A program made the translations under genes and the position numbers. A stretch of DNA of 63,993 bases, counting the filler, from Choristocarpus tenellus KU-1152 (taxonomy: Eukaryota; Protista; Phaeophyceae): the NCBI GenBank assembly GCA_964200185.2. It is 13 parts of 13 records of this genome, joined end to end, with 100 filler letters (N's around TTAATTAATTAA, not from the genome) between each part and the next. Parts side by side here need not be neighbours in the genome. Positions count along the whole stretch, not along the records: positions 8,702 to 16,480 come from CAXNAD020005591.1; positions 16,581 to 23,225 come from CAXNAD020007675.1; positions 23,326 to 25,851 come from CAXNAD020027058.1; positions 25,952 to 30,900 come from CAXNAD020012414.1; 9 more parts are not named here. One strand, 5' to 3'. Each line of letters starts with the position of its first letter. The stretch's first letter is position 1. Below, piece after piece: positions 12,586 through 26,089 of this stretch. The notes under the pieces are model-generated. The model was not told the origin of the DNA. It searched no databases and was given only the letters and a program-made list of their open reading frames with translations.

Positions 12586-12885
12586 CTTGATTTTTTTAAA
12601 CGGTTGCCCAATGCGTTCATTGACGATCAGCATATCAAATGAAAGATCTGGATCTAGGCTATCGATTTACGCAAAGTAATTGATTCGAAAAATATTTATG
12701 GTCATGATAATTCATTCCGGAACATTCTCAAGGTTGTGCCGAAAACATTCTGTTAAAATTTAACCTTCCCAAGATAATTTTTCGAACGACTTCCTTTCGG
12801 GAAATCGATAGCTTAGATCAAAATCTTTCATTCGATATGAAGATCGTCGTTTAACTCGTTATGCAACCTTTTCAAAAAAATCAAG
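12586..12885. mobile_element. Foldback/MITE-like element with ~115-bp imperfect inverted arms
   Basis: CTTGATTTTTTTAAACGGTTGC...CATATCAAATGAAAGAT...CTATCGATTT pairs with AAATCGATAG...ATCTTTCATTCGATATG...GCAACCTTTTCAAAAAAATCAAG. Confidence 0.75.
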
Positions 12886-13899
12886 GCCAGTCTGATCCTA
12901 GAGGTCACTCCCGACACTCTAAGGTGAATGAGCTGTAAAAGTGGTCAAAGTGGAGTATAGATAGGGTCTTTATAAATGCCGTAACAAAAAACTGTCGATG
13001 TGGTTATTGCTGTAGGCATTTCATTATCAATAGAACAATAACACTTGGTAATTACACTTTGTCCAACATCGTGATATTGCTTTCTCCCCGTACGATTTCT
13101 TGACAAAAATAACGTTAGATTGTGCTGTTTCTTTGACCCCATATATCGGCGTATTGTTTTGTTCTGGATCTGGATATGTTTGGTGTTATATCATTTATAC
13201 TATATTTATATGATACCCACGATAACTTAGTTTTAATATTCACCTACGTCTTCAAAACATTCAAATATTTTTAGACTAAGTATGGGATATATTTTTCCTA
13301 TCTTACAGAATTTATTCGTTGAGGTACTTTTTACAGCGTCATATATTTTGTATTGATTGTTCCTCCGTTCTGGGTAGAGAAAAAACTCAAATGATAGAAA
13401 AAACCCTATCTCAATACCCATGGGAATTCGCAAAACTGTTCGCATTCGTGTAATATGGATGAATGTATGTATGTATTATTTTGAATGGAGTTTTTGTTTT
13501 CCCTGTGGTGGGAAGAATGAGATGGAACCAATCAGTACTGTTGTGCACGGTTCAATACCAGTTCATCTACCACAAGTACAAATTTATTGAATAGAGAAAA
13601 GGTAAGGTTGGACTGGTGTACTACACCCCTACTTTCATAGACAGTCCTCTTGCATTTGTGATTGTGACGAGTGCTGCTACATATCAGTCCGAGTGTTGCG
13701 TCATTGTATGCATCGTCTACATGCTTGGTCGTAGGTAGTGAAATGCGCAAGGCTTTGGTCGGAAATTGGGTTCTTTCCGTCTCATTTTCGGTCCTAGTTT
13801 GGTAAGGGTTAACTTCAAGAGTTTTTAGCAGGTCTTGTTTAAGTAGCAGGTTGTTGGTGTCGGGGCTCATGGAAGAATTGATCAGAGAGTTTAATTGAG

Positions 13900-16480
13900 C
13901 GTTGGATCAATTAAAAGGTTGAGAACGTAACATATTATTTTCGCCATTCCACTAGTTCCCGTTTAAATTTCTGCAACAGCCCGAAGTTATGGGATTTGTT
14001 GTCTCCTTTGGATCTGATCATCACCAAACGTTCCTCCACAGTGCTGCTGCTAAGAAACACACATCTCGAGGTCAAGTCTGCGTTGTGAATCTTCAGCGTG
14101 TGCGATGGTCGTGGATAGGGAGGCCAGTATGGATGCAATCAAAGTGATTGTCCCTTCACCAACACATGGAGAGGACTTGATGAAGCCTGACAGGGAATTC
14201 AATGGCGAAATTGCCCCCGCGGCAGAGGTGGACGCGATGGTGAGGCAGTCACATCAGGGTTCTGATTCTTAGACTAAGGGGAGGCATTGTATGATTCAAG
14301 CCAACCCTTCATTGTTGAGAGACTGTACCATTGGTAAGGATTTTGACAAGGTGCCCTTTAGGTGAGCATGTTTTGGTTGTGAGGCCTGATCGTTTTGCAA
14401 TGTTGGTAGTGAATCCGCACGTTACGAATCACACAGAGGTGATGGGGAGCCGTGCACGCTGAGTGGTTGTTAAACCACCATTGACCATCCATTGGGTCAT
14501 CGCCAGAGTCAAGGTAGGTCGAATTGTAGACGTACTGCGAGGGCGACAACAGCTCAGTAGTCAACATATCTGTGTTCAAGAGCTGCAGATTGATGGGCCA
14601 GTAGATTCTGGACTTTTAGGGTATGCAGTTCTGTGTGTACTCGATTCAGCAGGCAATGGCTTGAGGAGACTGTTGAGGGATGCAGCCTTGTGCGACCATA
14701 CCAAAACGTCACCAAAGATTAAGCAAGCCCCACTCACCTCGAAACGGCAACCATGTATGTGTTCGAAATACCCCCCCCTTCTTTTTCGCTGCCATTTGCA
14801 CACTCTTTGTAAGCCGATCTTCTTTTCCGCCTTCTCTTCTTAGGATGCAAAATACACACACGACCTCAACCCCATGAAGGGAAGCTCGATCCTTGGTCCA
14901 CCAGGGGTAAAGAGATTAGGCGGTGGCTGGTCCTTTGGTGGGATACTGAGCCCCTACGCTCAGTCAGAGTCGTCTAAGAGCTTGGCAGTCGAGGCAGGTC
15001 GCTTGAGCAAAATCTCGTTTTGTCGAGATAATTCAAATGATACATTCGGCAATGCAAGCAATGGATCTTCCTTCCCTGCAGGAACTCCCCCTAACAGCCC
15101 TCCCTCTGGGAACAAAAGGAGTGCACCTTCACCCTCCAAGCCTCCACCTCCGCTACTACTGCCATCCCCTCGGGGTGACAGTGGTGGTTCTAATGCTGAT
15201 GACGAGACTGGCAAAGAGAAGGGCGCATCACTTGGTGATAGAAGTGGTGAAGCTGTATCCGCTAAGTTGAAAAGGGAGTGTGTGTGCGAGGGTGTGGACC
15301 ATTGTGCACTAGGACATGAACAAAGGGATATCATTAGTGGAGGCGATGTCACTGGCGATACTGTGTGTTTTGGATTCAGGCTGGATGAGGAAGATGGTCA
15401 GGTGCGTGGTGGGGAGGGTGTTTTCTTGTGCTTGCCTGGGCATCTTCTTGGTGAGATGTCTATTCCTTGTGAACCACGATTGATATGTTGGATGAGGGTT
15501 CAGTCATCTATGTTTCACCTCCACCACGCGAGTTACGAAAACCATTTGTTTTTTTGCTCTTGCGTATGCCACCTGATACTCCCCCCTTGCCAAAAGTGCT
15601 CGCTACCAATGAAAAGGTGGAACTAAAGGTCTTTTAAGGTCTAGTTGCATAGAACATCAATTCCTCAGAAATGTGTTGAAAAATACTCCTGAGGAGACAG
15701 TGCTGTGAAACAAGTCGGGATCTGAAGTTTGAAGTTTTCGATTCAGAGGTATATCTTCCATAGGGCTGCCACAAAATAGGCCATGCCTAGTACACTTTTG
15801 AGCAATATGTCTTCATCAGACTTCAGACATCACCTCTGACATTCTCCAGCAATTCAGACATTACCCTCTTAGGCTCGCCCGGACCCTCAACCTGCCTGCC
15901 TGACTGCCTGCCTGATATGAGCTGGACTACAATCTTATGACCAATCTTTGAACCCCTCAATACTACATATCTATCTTCACCATGTGCGACCAGGAATGAA
16001 CTAATACCTGTGTCAGAATGGCAGGTTTTGGCAAATGACTCTCCCTCGCTTTGCATCTTGGAAAGTATTAAAAGTAACTCCTCTCTTATTTTTTGTTTGG
16101 TTGATGGTTTGCTTTATACACAAAAAAAACCCTTTTTTTTCTTCGTTTTAGGGCGGGATGAGCACAGGAGATACCCTACCGGTTTCCTGGGTCGACCCCC
16201 ACCGGCCTGAAAGTCTGAAGAGTAAGGTGTTGGGGCAAGGAACTGACAAGTCACCTGAGCACACCCTGGTGAAGCAGCAGAACTCTCTTGGGAGAAGAGA
16301 CGGTCTAGTAAACAACAGGATCAGGGCAAAGGAAGGCATTCGTGACAAATTGGTTGGGAAGATTCCAGATAACCTCAACCGAAGGTCAAATGGATATGGC
16401 CTACAGGGCAGGGAAACGAGTGCCCTTAGTGCAGGTGGGTGTTGCTTCGTCCCCGAGGGGGGGAGGGGGGAGGGGGAGAG
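13900..16480 (-). pseudogene. Degenerate coding-like region of unknown identity, probably a TE-derived ORF remnant
   Basis: GC-richer intronless stretch with protein-like minus-strand segments (14960..15352, 14576..14803) broken by stops; no domain recognised. Confidence 0.25.
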
Positions 16481-17574
16481 NNNNNNNNNNNNNNNNNNNN
16501 NNNNNNNNNNNNNNNNNNNNNNNNTTAATTAATTAANNNNNNNNNNNNNNNNNNNNNNNNNNNNNNNNNNNNNNNNNNNNCTTTTTTTTTTCCAACCATG
16601 GGCAGAAAAAAAAGGGCAAATGGTGGTCGGGGGAGGGGGGGGGGAATGTGATTTGCTTGTATGATTTGTGCACTCACTTTCTTGTCCTTACAAATAAAGA
16701 GGGTCTACAAATAGTAGAGTTGATGAATAGAAATCACCAAGCCACACAGGCCAATAAAATGTTCTCATTAAAAAAGCAAATAGCAACAAACTATTTTTTC
16801 AAGTATATGCTACATATCAATAAAAAGAATAAACACCAACAGCCCATGTAAAAGACCTTTCGTAGATTCAAAATTCCATGCATACACCAGCAAGATATAT
16901 TTTCAAGTGCCTACAGGTATGGTTTATCAATTAGATGTGCATCGAAAAGATCACTTGCAATTTCCGTAGCGAAAGTCAGGGACAGGATCTTTCATGAAAG
17001 AGGATAAGAAAATTATCAGAAGCCAGGGACAGGACCCTCACAAAAAGAGAATAAGAAAATTCTCACCAAAAAAAAGATTGAACAACAACACACATATTTA
17101 AAAAATAGAAAAATTACATGCCAACAAAAAAACAGAAACTCTTTTTTGTGGGATTGCAAAAATGTGGATCCTGACCCTGTAGCGCCACAGAACAAACCTT
17201 CAGCCCAAACCGAGATGACCAGCAAAAATAACACGAAAGAGGAATATGGGAAAAGGTAGAAAAAACAAAACCATGCCAGTACCACGCATTCAACTCACAC
17301 CATCAGCAATACACCTTTCACCCCCCCCCCCTTCCCCCCCTCCCCCCCTCAAAACTTACCTTTTGGTGTTAGTGACAAATCTCAAAATCATCATTAAAAT
17401 CAGTCTTAGCACGGGCTACACCTTCATCCCTGCCCCAATAGCCTCAACTCCAATCTCAGCATCATTCATCCTTCCTGTCTGGCAGTAATAATCAGGTGGT
17501 AAAAAATCCCTGGCCCTGTAGCGCCACAGAACAAACTACCTCATTGAGCCCCACCCACAACTTAGCCTCCTCAC

Positions 17575-20500
17575 CTGTGAATGCTCCGCTCCAAGAGACT
17601 GGTTGGGCGCAGTTCCCCCTGCCCCAATGATAGTCAAAGGCATATCAAACTGACCCCCAGTGGTCGCATAGGTGTTGCCAGCGCTGCTGAGCTCAGCCAT
17701 ACCGTATATACCAAAGTTAGTGTTCATCAGCTCCACTATTGGTCGATACCCATTCATGCCCTCCCCCAGTGCCTGCATGAACACAGAAGACAATACAATC
17801 ATTTCAATACAACACAACACAATCAATCCTTGGACGTGTCAAAAATTTCAAACTGAGACACCGCGTCAATCCGCGTCAATCCGCGTCAATCAGCGGTCTA
17901 CGAATGAGGGGTTCAACAGATCCGCAGGATACTTCTCTTGTTTCTCAAACGCCTTCACAGTGTCGCTTTAGGAACTCCTACTACAGTAGTAGAGCATTAC
18001 CATTCTTGTTTCCAAGTACTCCCGAACTAATTCTTGGTGTACACAGCAAGACCTCTGTATTACTACTACTACATGGGTGATTGCTGCATTCTTTACCTCA
18101 GGTGTCTCATTTTTCTTTTACAGACTATCGCTAATGTGTCTCTTGTTCTCTTTTTTTTTATGTTTCTTTTCCCAAACATGACAGCAAAAAAATACTAATA
18201 AATAAACAGGTGTGGACAATACAAAAACCAGTACCATCAGTGTACATTCCGTTCAACAGGAAAGGTAAAACCCAGCAATAAGTCACTGCATCTTGTGGTC
18301 ATGTTTTATTTCTACATACACAAGTACTTGACTTTCATTTTGCCTCTTGCTAGTCAAAAACACAACACCAGTCTCTCTCCAAAAAAAAGGTACTACAATC
18401 AAAGCTTACTCCTCCTCCCAGTCTCCTCTGTTTCACTTTCTACACCTTCGCAACTCACACCTTCAACATATACATGAGAACCCTCTTTGGGTTGGGTGGG
18501 TAGGGCATTTCCAGACTGTACCTCTAGGACTGTTCTCAGCAGCCTGTACATCCACACAACCCACCACCAAACGTCACACATCTTCCTCTGTTGTTAAAAG
18601 AATTAACCTTACCACCATACCAAAACACCTTACTCACACACACACAGTGTTGTAAAACCTGAAGAAAAACAGCCCTGAAAAAATAACAAAGGTTCTTGCA
18701 AAACACAATGAAAGTACAACTCACACATGGCAGAAGATCAACATTGAATCAGATCTACACCCAATAAAAGTAAAATCATTTCATTGTCAAGCGGTCTCAC
18801 ATAGCCCAAAACAAAGTCAGTATAGACAATACCTAACCCCCCAGCCCCCACCCCCCCCCCACCTTCCCGATGATGTGCCCCTCATCAATGATTTCATCAG
18901 CCGCCCGGAGAGGACCAAAAACCTGCTGCAACTTCTTTGGGATATCATATGAAGAACCAGCCTGAGCACACAAACACACACACAAACCGAAATGTGGAAG
19001 GTAGTAACAGACATCAATGCCAGGTAGAAAAGGTTAAAAAATATAACATCGACACTACTATTGTACAATACAATAGGCAGTCAGTGACCTCATGGAGATG
19101 GAATAATGCAAATGTTAATGACAGTAGAGTACGTGGGAAGTTGAGTCGCTAGGACACAAGGGTGTTTTTTTTTCTTGTATTTCCTGACTGTTGACTATGG
19201 AGAGACCACAAGAGCAGAAACAGTTCTATCAAGAGTCAGAGAGGGGGTGAATCACGTCATATTATATCAACCTGCTCTCTGTGTGGGGATGTCACCTCTT
19301 TTTTTACAGCATTCATTTCCTCTACTGGCAACAACTCTGCACATACATACATTTCATACAATAAAAAATTGAAATGCGCGAATCTTTTTCAAAGCGATCA
19401 ATTTTTTACCCTTTAAAAAAACAGAAAAATTGCACATGCAAACACACACAAAAAAGAACACAGAATAAAATTAAGAATATGATTTTATTATTTATCATCT
19501 TTAATACTAATAGTAAGGAAAGATCAACCCACCTGTAGATCCTCTGCATGGATGGTAGTATAAGGATCCCGCAGCATCTCTTCCAAGATAGCCAAGTTGA
19601 TCGCATCTCCGATGGTGATCTCACCTGCCTTGCCCTTACCCTTAAAAAAAAGAACAAAAAATATGATCAGTGATAAATAAATATGATCACAATGACAAGG
19701 TGAGAAAATACCGTGCATCAGTACTAGTAGTATATACAGTCACAAAAGTTACCTTCTAAAAAGCTAATAATAATTTTCCAAATATTTTTCTCTTTTTCCT
19801 TCTTCTAACTACCTTTTGAACAGGGGTCTGGACCCCTCAGACTAACGAGAATAACAATAATAAAATATAGAACCCCCCCCCCCCGGCAAGATCTACTACA
19901 TACTAATGTATACACTACACCAAACACAATCACTAACACAATCTTTCAGATAAATGATGAAATGCTAAAAATTGTCGCCCTCTCTAACAATGTCCAGTCT
20001 ATTTGCTAACCTCCAGCATAGCACAGTGATCCACCGCCTCTGCCCTAGAAGCTGCAGGCAATGACCGGTCATTGATCATATCTGCAACTGCTGGGGGGGC
20101 CCTCTCATTGTAGTCAGTTTCTGGGGCATCTGGGTACTCCAGCTCCTGCAGTAGGTGTTGTGTGAGTAAAGTGTTGATGTATCTATGTATGTATTTATAT
20201 GTACATTCTTTCATCACTACATAAACCCACATCTACACACCATTACAACACCCATGACCAAACAATTCAAGAGATCTAACGATATGTATTACTACCATCA
20301 GCACCAAAACACACACACACTACCAAGTGTGATACGCTATTATTATTATTATCATTAATATTAACAGTAATACTGTGTATAACAAATAATGAAAAGCAGT
20401 ACATACCGGGAATATGAATACAAAAATACATTTTAAAAAAATCACATTTAGACAAAAAAGCAATATTGTTATGCTGTACAGCCAAACAATTAAATGATAT

Positions 20501-22813
20501 CAATTTAACACCTACACAAACATCATCCCTTTGGACCCCCTCCACTCTCCTTCTCACAGAATGCCTTTCACAAAAGAGTAACCGACCTTGGCAAGGTTAC
20601 TGGGAGGTGGCGGGGACGCATCCGCAAAGGCAACCGCCTCCTTAACCTTAGTGCCCATCGCCTTCTTGATCACATCCAACTCCTCCTGAGAAAAAGTAGT
20701 TACAAGAAAAGAGCAATGATAAATGTCAGACTTGAATGAGGTCCCACTGCAGTACTACATCGTGTAAATAGTAATAATATTGATCAAAAAGTAGGTAATA
20801 ATAATGAAAATGTATACACCTATCATACAGAGTGTGATTTTATATTAGGGCTAAAAAATGTATTTTTTTAAATGGAACCAACAACATTAAAATAACAAGA
20901 AAAAGTCTAGCCTTATCATACGAGGCAGTATTTTAAAACTGAATTGCACATCAATAAAAGAATAGGTCTACTCCTATCATACAAAGAATAATAAAAACTA
21001 TTGTAGAGTTAGAATTAGGACCAATACAATATGATAGGGGGAGTAGGAAGGAGACTATTTACAAGAGATCTCACAGCACTATTAAATAGTGTCACCCCAT
21101 TCTAGAATTGCACCACACTATTAAATACATAAAAATATCACATTGGGTTGTATCATTATTGATATTTTTTCAGCAGGTAACACATAATAAACCAATTGTT
21201 ATCAAAAATACCTCGTGTAGACTTGTACTATATGTAAAAATAAAATCCAATGTAAGATATTTGGAAAACCGGAACAGAAATGGACAATATCAGCTTCTAA
21301 TATCTTAATTTTAAAAGTACAACAATAGAACCCTCCCAGTCCACCAATCAGAACCAATTAAGTGCTTCAATTTCATAATTTCTTACATAGGACTAGGGAT
21401 AGTACTATTATCCACTATATTATTTATATACTCCAAATACTCTATTGTCTTCACAGTATAATACCACAAACTATCATTCAATACATCGATTCCACAGTTA
21501 CCCCCCTAGGGCTAGCCCCATCACCTATTTTCTGGAAAATATGTGACATTAATGCCTTCAAAAAACTCAACACTTCCACCCCTCAATATATTATATTAAA
21601 TAGTTTGAAATGACTGCAGACTGCTAATATGATACTTGTGTTCCATACCAATATGTAATATGCAAAAAAGAGAGTACCACACTCATAACACAGTAAGTCC
21701 AGTGGGTCATTGATCACTGATATAATTTACTCAGGTTCATTCAAGAGCACAAAACAACACTCTTATTCAACTTCCAACAAATTCAAACCTTAACCCCCAA
21801 ATCAACACCACATAAATAGTGTGAACTATTATGTTACAACATACGCAACGTCTCCCATGAATCAAAACAATACAACAATTATAAAGTATAAACCAGTTTT
21901 TTTTTAAATTAGGCATGAACTTCCATTTTTTAAACATAAAAGCAGCTTTAAATTCCTCAAAATAATAAAAATAACAAATTGATAAATAGCCATTTATCAT
22001 ATTAATAAAAATAATAAATCAAATGACACAAAGGTCACTTTACTAGCTTCACACACAGCAGCAGACAAACAAACACTATCAACCATGCCACAAACAGAAG
22101 CAAGGACCAAAACACCACACCTAGCACACACCTCCGACATCAAACTTCTCTTTGCAACTAACATTAATAAACTCATTTTGAAACCATACCTACATTCTAA
22201 ACTGACTCTTCCCCCCCTCTCCCCCCCCCCAGAAAACTTCAGAAAGAAGAGAGTAAGAGAGATGAGGTAGGGGAAATAAGACCACCGTACGCTCCATAAA
22301 CAAGCAAAAAGGGCAGGGTGCCCTAACCACTTCAAGTATGCACAAATTAAGAACACTTAAAATGAAAAAAACAACGGTGCCCCCAAACCTGATCACCGAA
22401 TCAGGTGTAGAATCGATGGATTCAGTAGGAAAAATAAAAAGGTATATACCTTTTCTACAGACCACACACAAACGCTCATTTTGGGAGGCGTTCTTTCTTC
22501 TTTTTCCACTCGATTCCTCAATATTTTCGTTCTTGTTCAACTGGTTCCCTGTTCATATCATATCGTATCATACTATATATATATATATATATATATTATT
22601 ATTACACCCAATCATCGTGGAGAAACCATCCAGACATATTCGAAGTCTAATAGACAATCTAACCACCTGTGAAGCAACTCCCGAACCAAGGGCACGCTTC
22701 TCAAAGATTGAGATGGGGTCCTGTTCCGCCCTGGCCCACTTCTTCTCCTCCTTACGTCCCCTCTCATGCTCAGGGTCTGCTGGTGAGTGCCCCTGGAACC
22801 TGTAGGTGTGCAC
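17575..22813 (-). CDS. Pyruvate dehydrogenase E1 alpha/beta fusion protein, six internal exons (22667-22813, 20587-20685, 20011-20145, 19533-19640, 18863-18961, 17575-17772), partial gene
   Basis: All exons are AG/GT bounded and phase 0. They read VHTYRFQGHSPADPEHERGRKEEKKWAR..DPI (E1-alpha TYRFxGHS.ADP) ..VKEAVAFADASPPPP.. linker ..ITIGDAINLAILEEMLRDP..HAEDLQ|AGSSYDIP..DEIIDEG..G|ALGEGMNGYRPIVELM..GAEHSQ (E1-beta motifs). Confidence 0.93.
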
Positions 22814-23422
22814 CTTCAACCACCCCGTGCAAAAAAAACAAACCAAGTTCAATCCCATTGAATATATATATATATATATATATTTGAGCTGGCTCTATAG
22901 CGGAATGGCTGCGAACGATGCGAGCATCAGACCAATTTCCAGTGGAGTTATCTTATCCCATACTCATCACAAAAACACGCGTGCATGAAAAACAAAACAA
23001 AACTATTCTAGTATTTTTAGAATTATTAGTAATGAAAATGGCTCCTCTGTGTCGTCATGTACTTGCCAAGAAAAGGTATGATGTAACCCTAACCCTAAGT
23101 ATATATATACACACATTTACACATACATACACCGTATGATAACAACAGACAGTAACAGACAAACTTGCCATCAACCAATCCACACATACACAGCAAATAC
23201 CAGTGTTGCTTTCCAGGGGAGGTGGNNNNNNNNNNNNNNNNNNNNNNNNNNNNNNNNNNNNNNNNNNNNTTAATTAATTAANNNNNNNNNNNNNNNNNNN
23301 NNNNNNNNNNNNNNNNNNNNNNNNNCTTGGTTATGGAGGATCATCCCCTGCTTATAATATACAAGACGAGGGGGGGGGGGCGCCCTCTCGCAGGCATTGA
23401 TAACCATCTCAAATGTTGTCAG

Positions 23423-25799
23423 GACCTGATTCTTCTCGCGCACAACGATGGGACAGAGTTCATATGCAACAAGCGAGTCACCGTCAACGACAACTTTGAC
23501 CACTGGAGTGATGCATCTCCTCTGGTACTCCAAACCATGTGTGAAGTCGAGTACCAAGGTGCTGCAACGGACATCCCCATGAGGGCCCTCCACTTCCTCG
23601 TTAACAGGTTCGTTAATAACGTCACACACACCCTTCTTCACGGGAGCAGCGACTTTTTTTGTATAGGTGTAGAACATCGTTAAACAGTAACACAACAAGC
23701 TGGGTGACGGTTTAGGGGTGTCAAACCATATACCACGAGTGTGTTTCCCTGAATCAGTACATTAAGCGTCAAACCGCACCAAGAGTGTGTTGCCCTGTAT
23801 CGGTACGTTACTCATACATTGCGATATGATGAATCCGTGCGCAATACAATGTACTCCTCGGGATAATTGACGAACTGCCCTCCTATGATAGGTACACGAA
23901 TGCTGGGAACACCGTCGTCTCCTTCAGCACAGAGAGGCACAATGTGGTGGAGGCGGTACTTGAACTGAGCAGCAGGGTGGAGGTGTTCGTGTCCAATGCG
24001 GCGTCAAAGAACGAGGTGAAAGAGAAGATGAAGACCTCCTTCGGCCAAGCCTACAAGGACAGCAAGTGGAAGGTAAGAAGGGTGTGCTGGCTTTTTTTCC
24101 ATTGCTTTCCAACTTGTTGTCTGTCTTGGTTCCCTATGGATAGGTCTCAGGCGTGCGATTGTTGTAGTGATATTTCCTTGTCGATGTTTACACATTGCTA
24201 ACACGGTGCACGCAGTTACTCACACCTCAAACGGAAATCACGAGACTCCAAGATTTTGTTGTGTGAGCGTCGGTACGTCGTAATGTCCTCCTTCCCCACA
24301 CGAAAGAACAAACGTGCGACGGTACAACAAAAGATCTTTAACCAACGCTGGAATACGCTAGAATAACTCCTACTACGTGACGAAACCTTATCGCATGGCA
24401 AACACTTCAATGCCACATGGTTGGGTTGTCACATGTACGCACATGATGTTGCAGGTATCCACGTCTCTCGTTCAAGATCGCGTGATAGGCCCTTCCTGCC
24501 TGCCGGAAGCCTTGGGGCAGACTCTCGTCCCAATGGAGACACAGCGATGTTTTTCTGAGACCGTCAATCCTCCGGGAAAGGCGATGGGACGAGATGAGGC
24601 GACCGTTTTCGTTGCGAAGACGGTGGCGACGGACTTCGGTTACCAGATCGAGGTGAATGTGGTATAGAATGCACTTCGTTACATATTTTATGAAGAACGA
24701 ACGGCACAGTCAAGCTCATGGCACGCAGAATAAACGTTTTTTTTATTCCCGAGTCCAAACCTATCTAATGTGGCACCCAAATACGTCACGTAGAAAACTA
24801 TGGGCCTTGCGGGTAAGTATTGGATCCGTCGTGTTTTCAACGTTTGCCACAATAAGGTTTCCGTTTTTGCACCACCTTCGGACGAGATTACCTCCAAATC
24901 ACGAACATTCATGAATGACCGAACTCTGTCCCCCCCCAACACACACACTCCACACCCCCACCCCCCCCNNNNNNNNNNCCGAACTCTGTCCCCCCCCCCA
25001 ACACCCCTCCACCCCCCCCAACCCCACCGCCGTCTTTGTCTTCCGCAATGCTCAGATGCGTGCAAGCTCATCCTCGAATCCCGCAGAAATGGCCTTATTC
25101 TCGCTTGAAGGGAAAGACTACAAAGTCGGCGGAAATGACCTCCCTGCGTGGGGTGATCTCGAAGTGTGCAACTCTCGATCAGAGGCCTTCCGTTCTCTCT
25201 TGAAGATCAAGAAGAACAGTGCATTCGGCTGCTTCATGTGGCTAACAACAAACAGCTCAAGCGCATGCTTTCACCTGGAATGGAGGTGTGTGGGCCGCGC
25301 GCAGAGCTCTACTTGCGCGTGGCAGCCACTTGCCCTCTACATGCGTTGGACCGAGAAGGCAGACGACGCCAACATTGAATTCACGTCAATAGTTCCGCAG
25401 AGCTGAAATCGTCACCAGGTCCTCCGCCCCTTCTCCCAGGTTGGCCCCGGGCAGATGTTCGTCACACCCATAGTCGGGAGGGTGTGCAAACCCCAGGCAA
25501 AGAATGACACGAGATCACCATTCAACATGCTCCCGGGCCTTACGGTAGTGCATTCTCATGGGTTCGAAGTGCTGGATTCGGACTCGGACTTAACGCCAAT
25601 GACCACTAGAAAGCGCAAGTGTCCCTCTTCCCGCACGGTTGGAAAGGGGAAACGTCGCAAGGTATGGAGAGGCGCCGGTGATTCTGCCATGGAAGACGAC
25701 CCGGAGTATGTCAGTGACGCGGAAGAGGACGAGGAGGAAGAAGAGGATGATGAAGAGTATGATAGAGAGGAGGATGAAGGGGATGACGAAGAGGAGTAA
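23423..25799 (+). pseudogene. Spliced gene of unknown function with acidic C-terminus; exons 23423-23607, 23928-24072, 24455-24652, 25056-25799; one in-frame TGA at 25404-25406
   Basis: Four phase-compatible AG/GT exons; ORFs 24915..25406 and 25455..25799 share a frame; ends with a basic NLS-like stretch (RKRK, KGKRRK) and a D/E tract. The 5' part is missing at the contig edge. Confidence 0.65.
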
Positions 25800-25951
25800 G
25801 AAGAGAATCGGGACGGGGGGCGGGAAGGAGGGGGGGGGAGAGAGGCGGGTGNNNNNNNNNNNNNNNNNNNNNNNNNNNNNNNNNNNNNNNNNNNNTTAAT
25901 TAATTAANNNNNNNNNNNNNNNNNNNNNNNNNNNNNNNNNNNNNNNNNNNN

Positions 25952-26089
25952 GTCCGTTTCGGTCAAACAACTCTTTTTTTTGCTGACATTTCAAATCCGA
26001 TACGTGCGACCAAATCACACCGAAAAAGTGAAAATTGAAAAAAGGGTGAAAAACGGATGCCGACACCCCCCCCCCAGATGCTTGGACCC
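25952..26089 (-). mobile_element. MITE family C, truncated at contig start
   Basis: Reverse-complement match to 38763-38938; ends polyC-AGATGCTTGGACCC. Confidence 0.85.

Noticed and set aside
14874-15626. 250-aa plus-strand ORF as a real gene
   Set aside because: No recognisable domain or splice structure; likely the antisense shadow of a decayed minus-strand ORF.
25404-25406. Selenocysteine codon
   Set aside because: No redox motif context and no SECIS could be evaluated before the contig end; a nonsense mutation is simpler.
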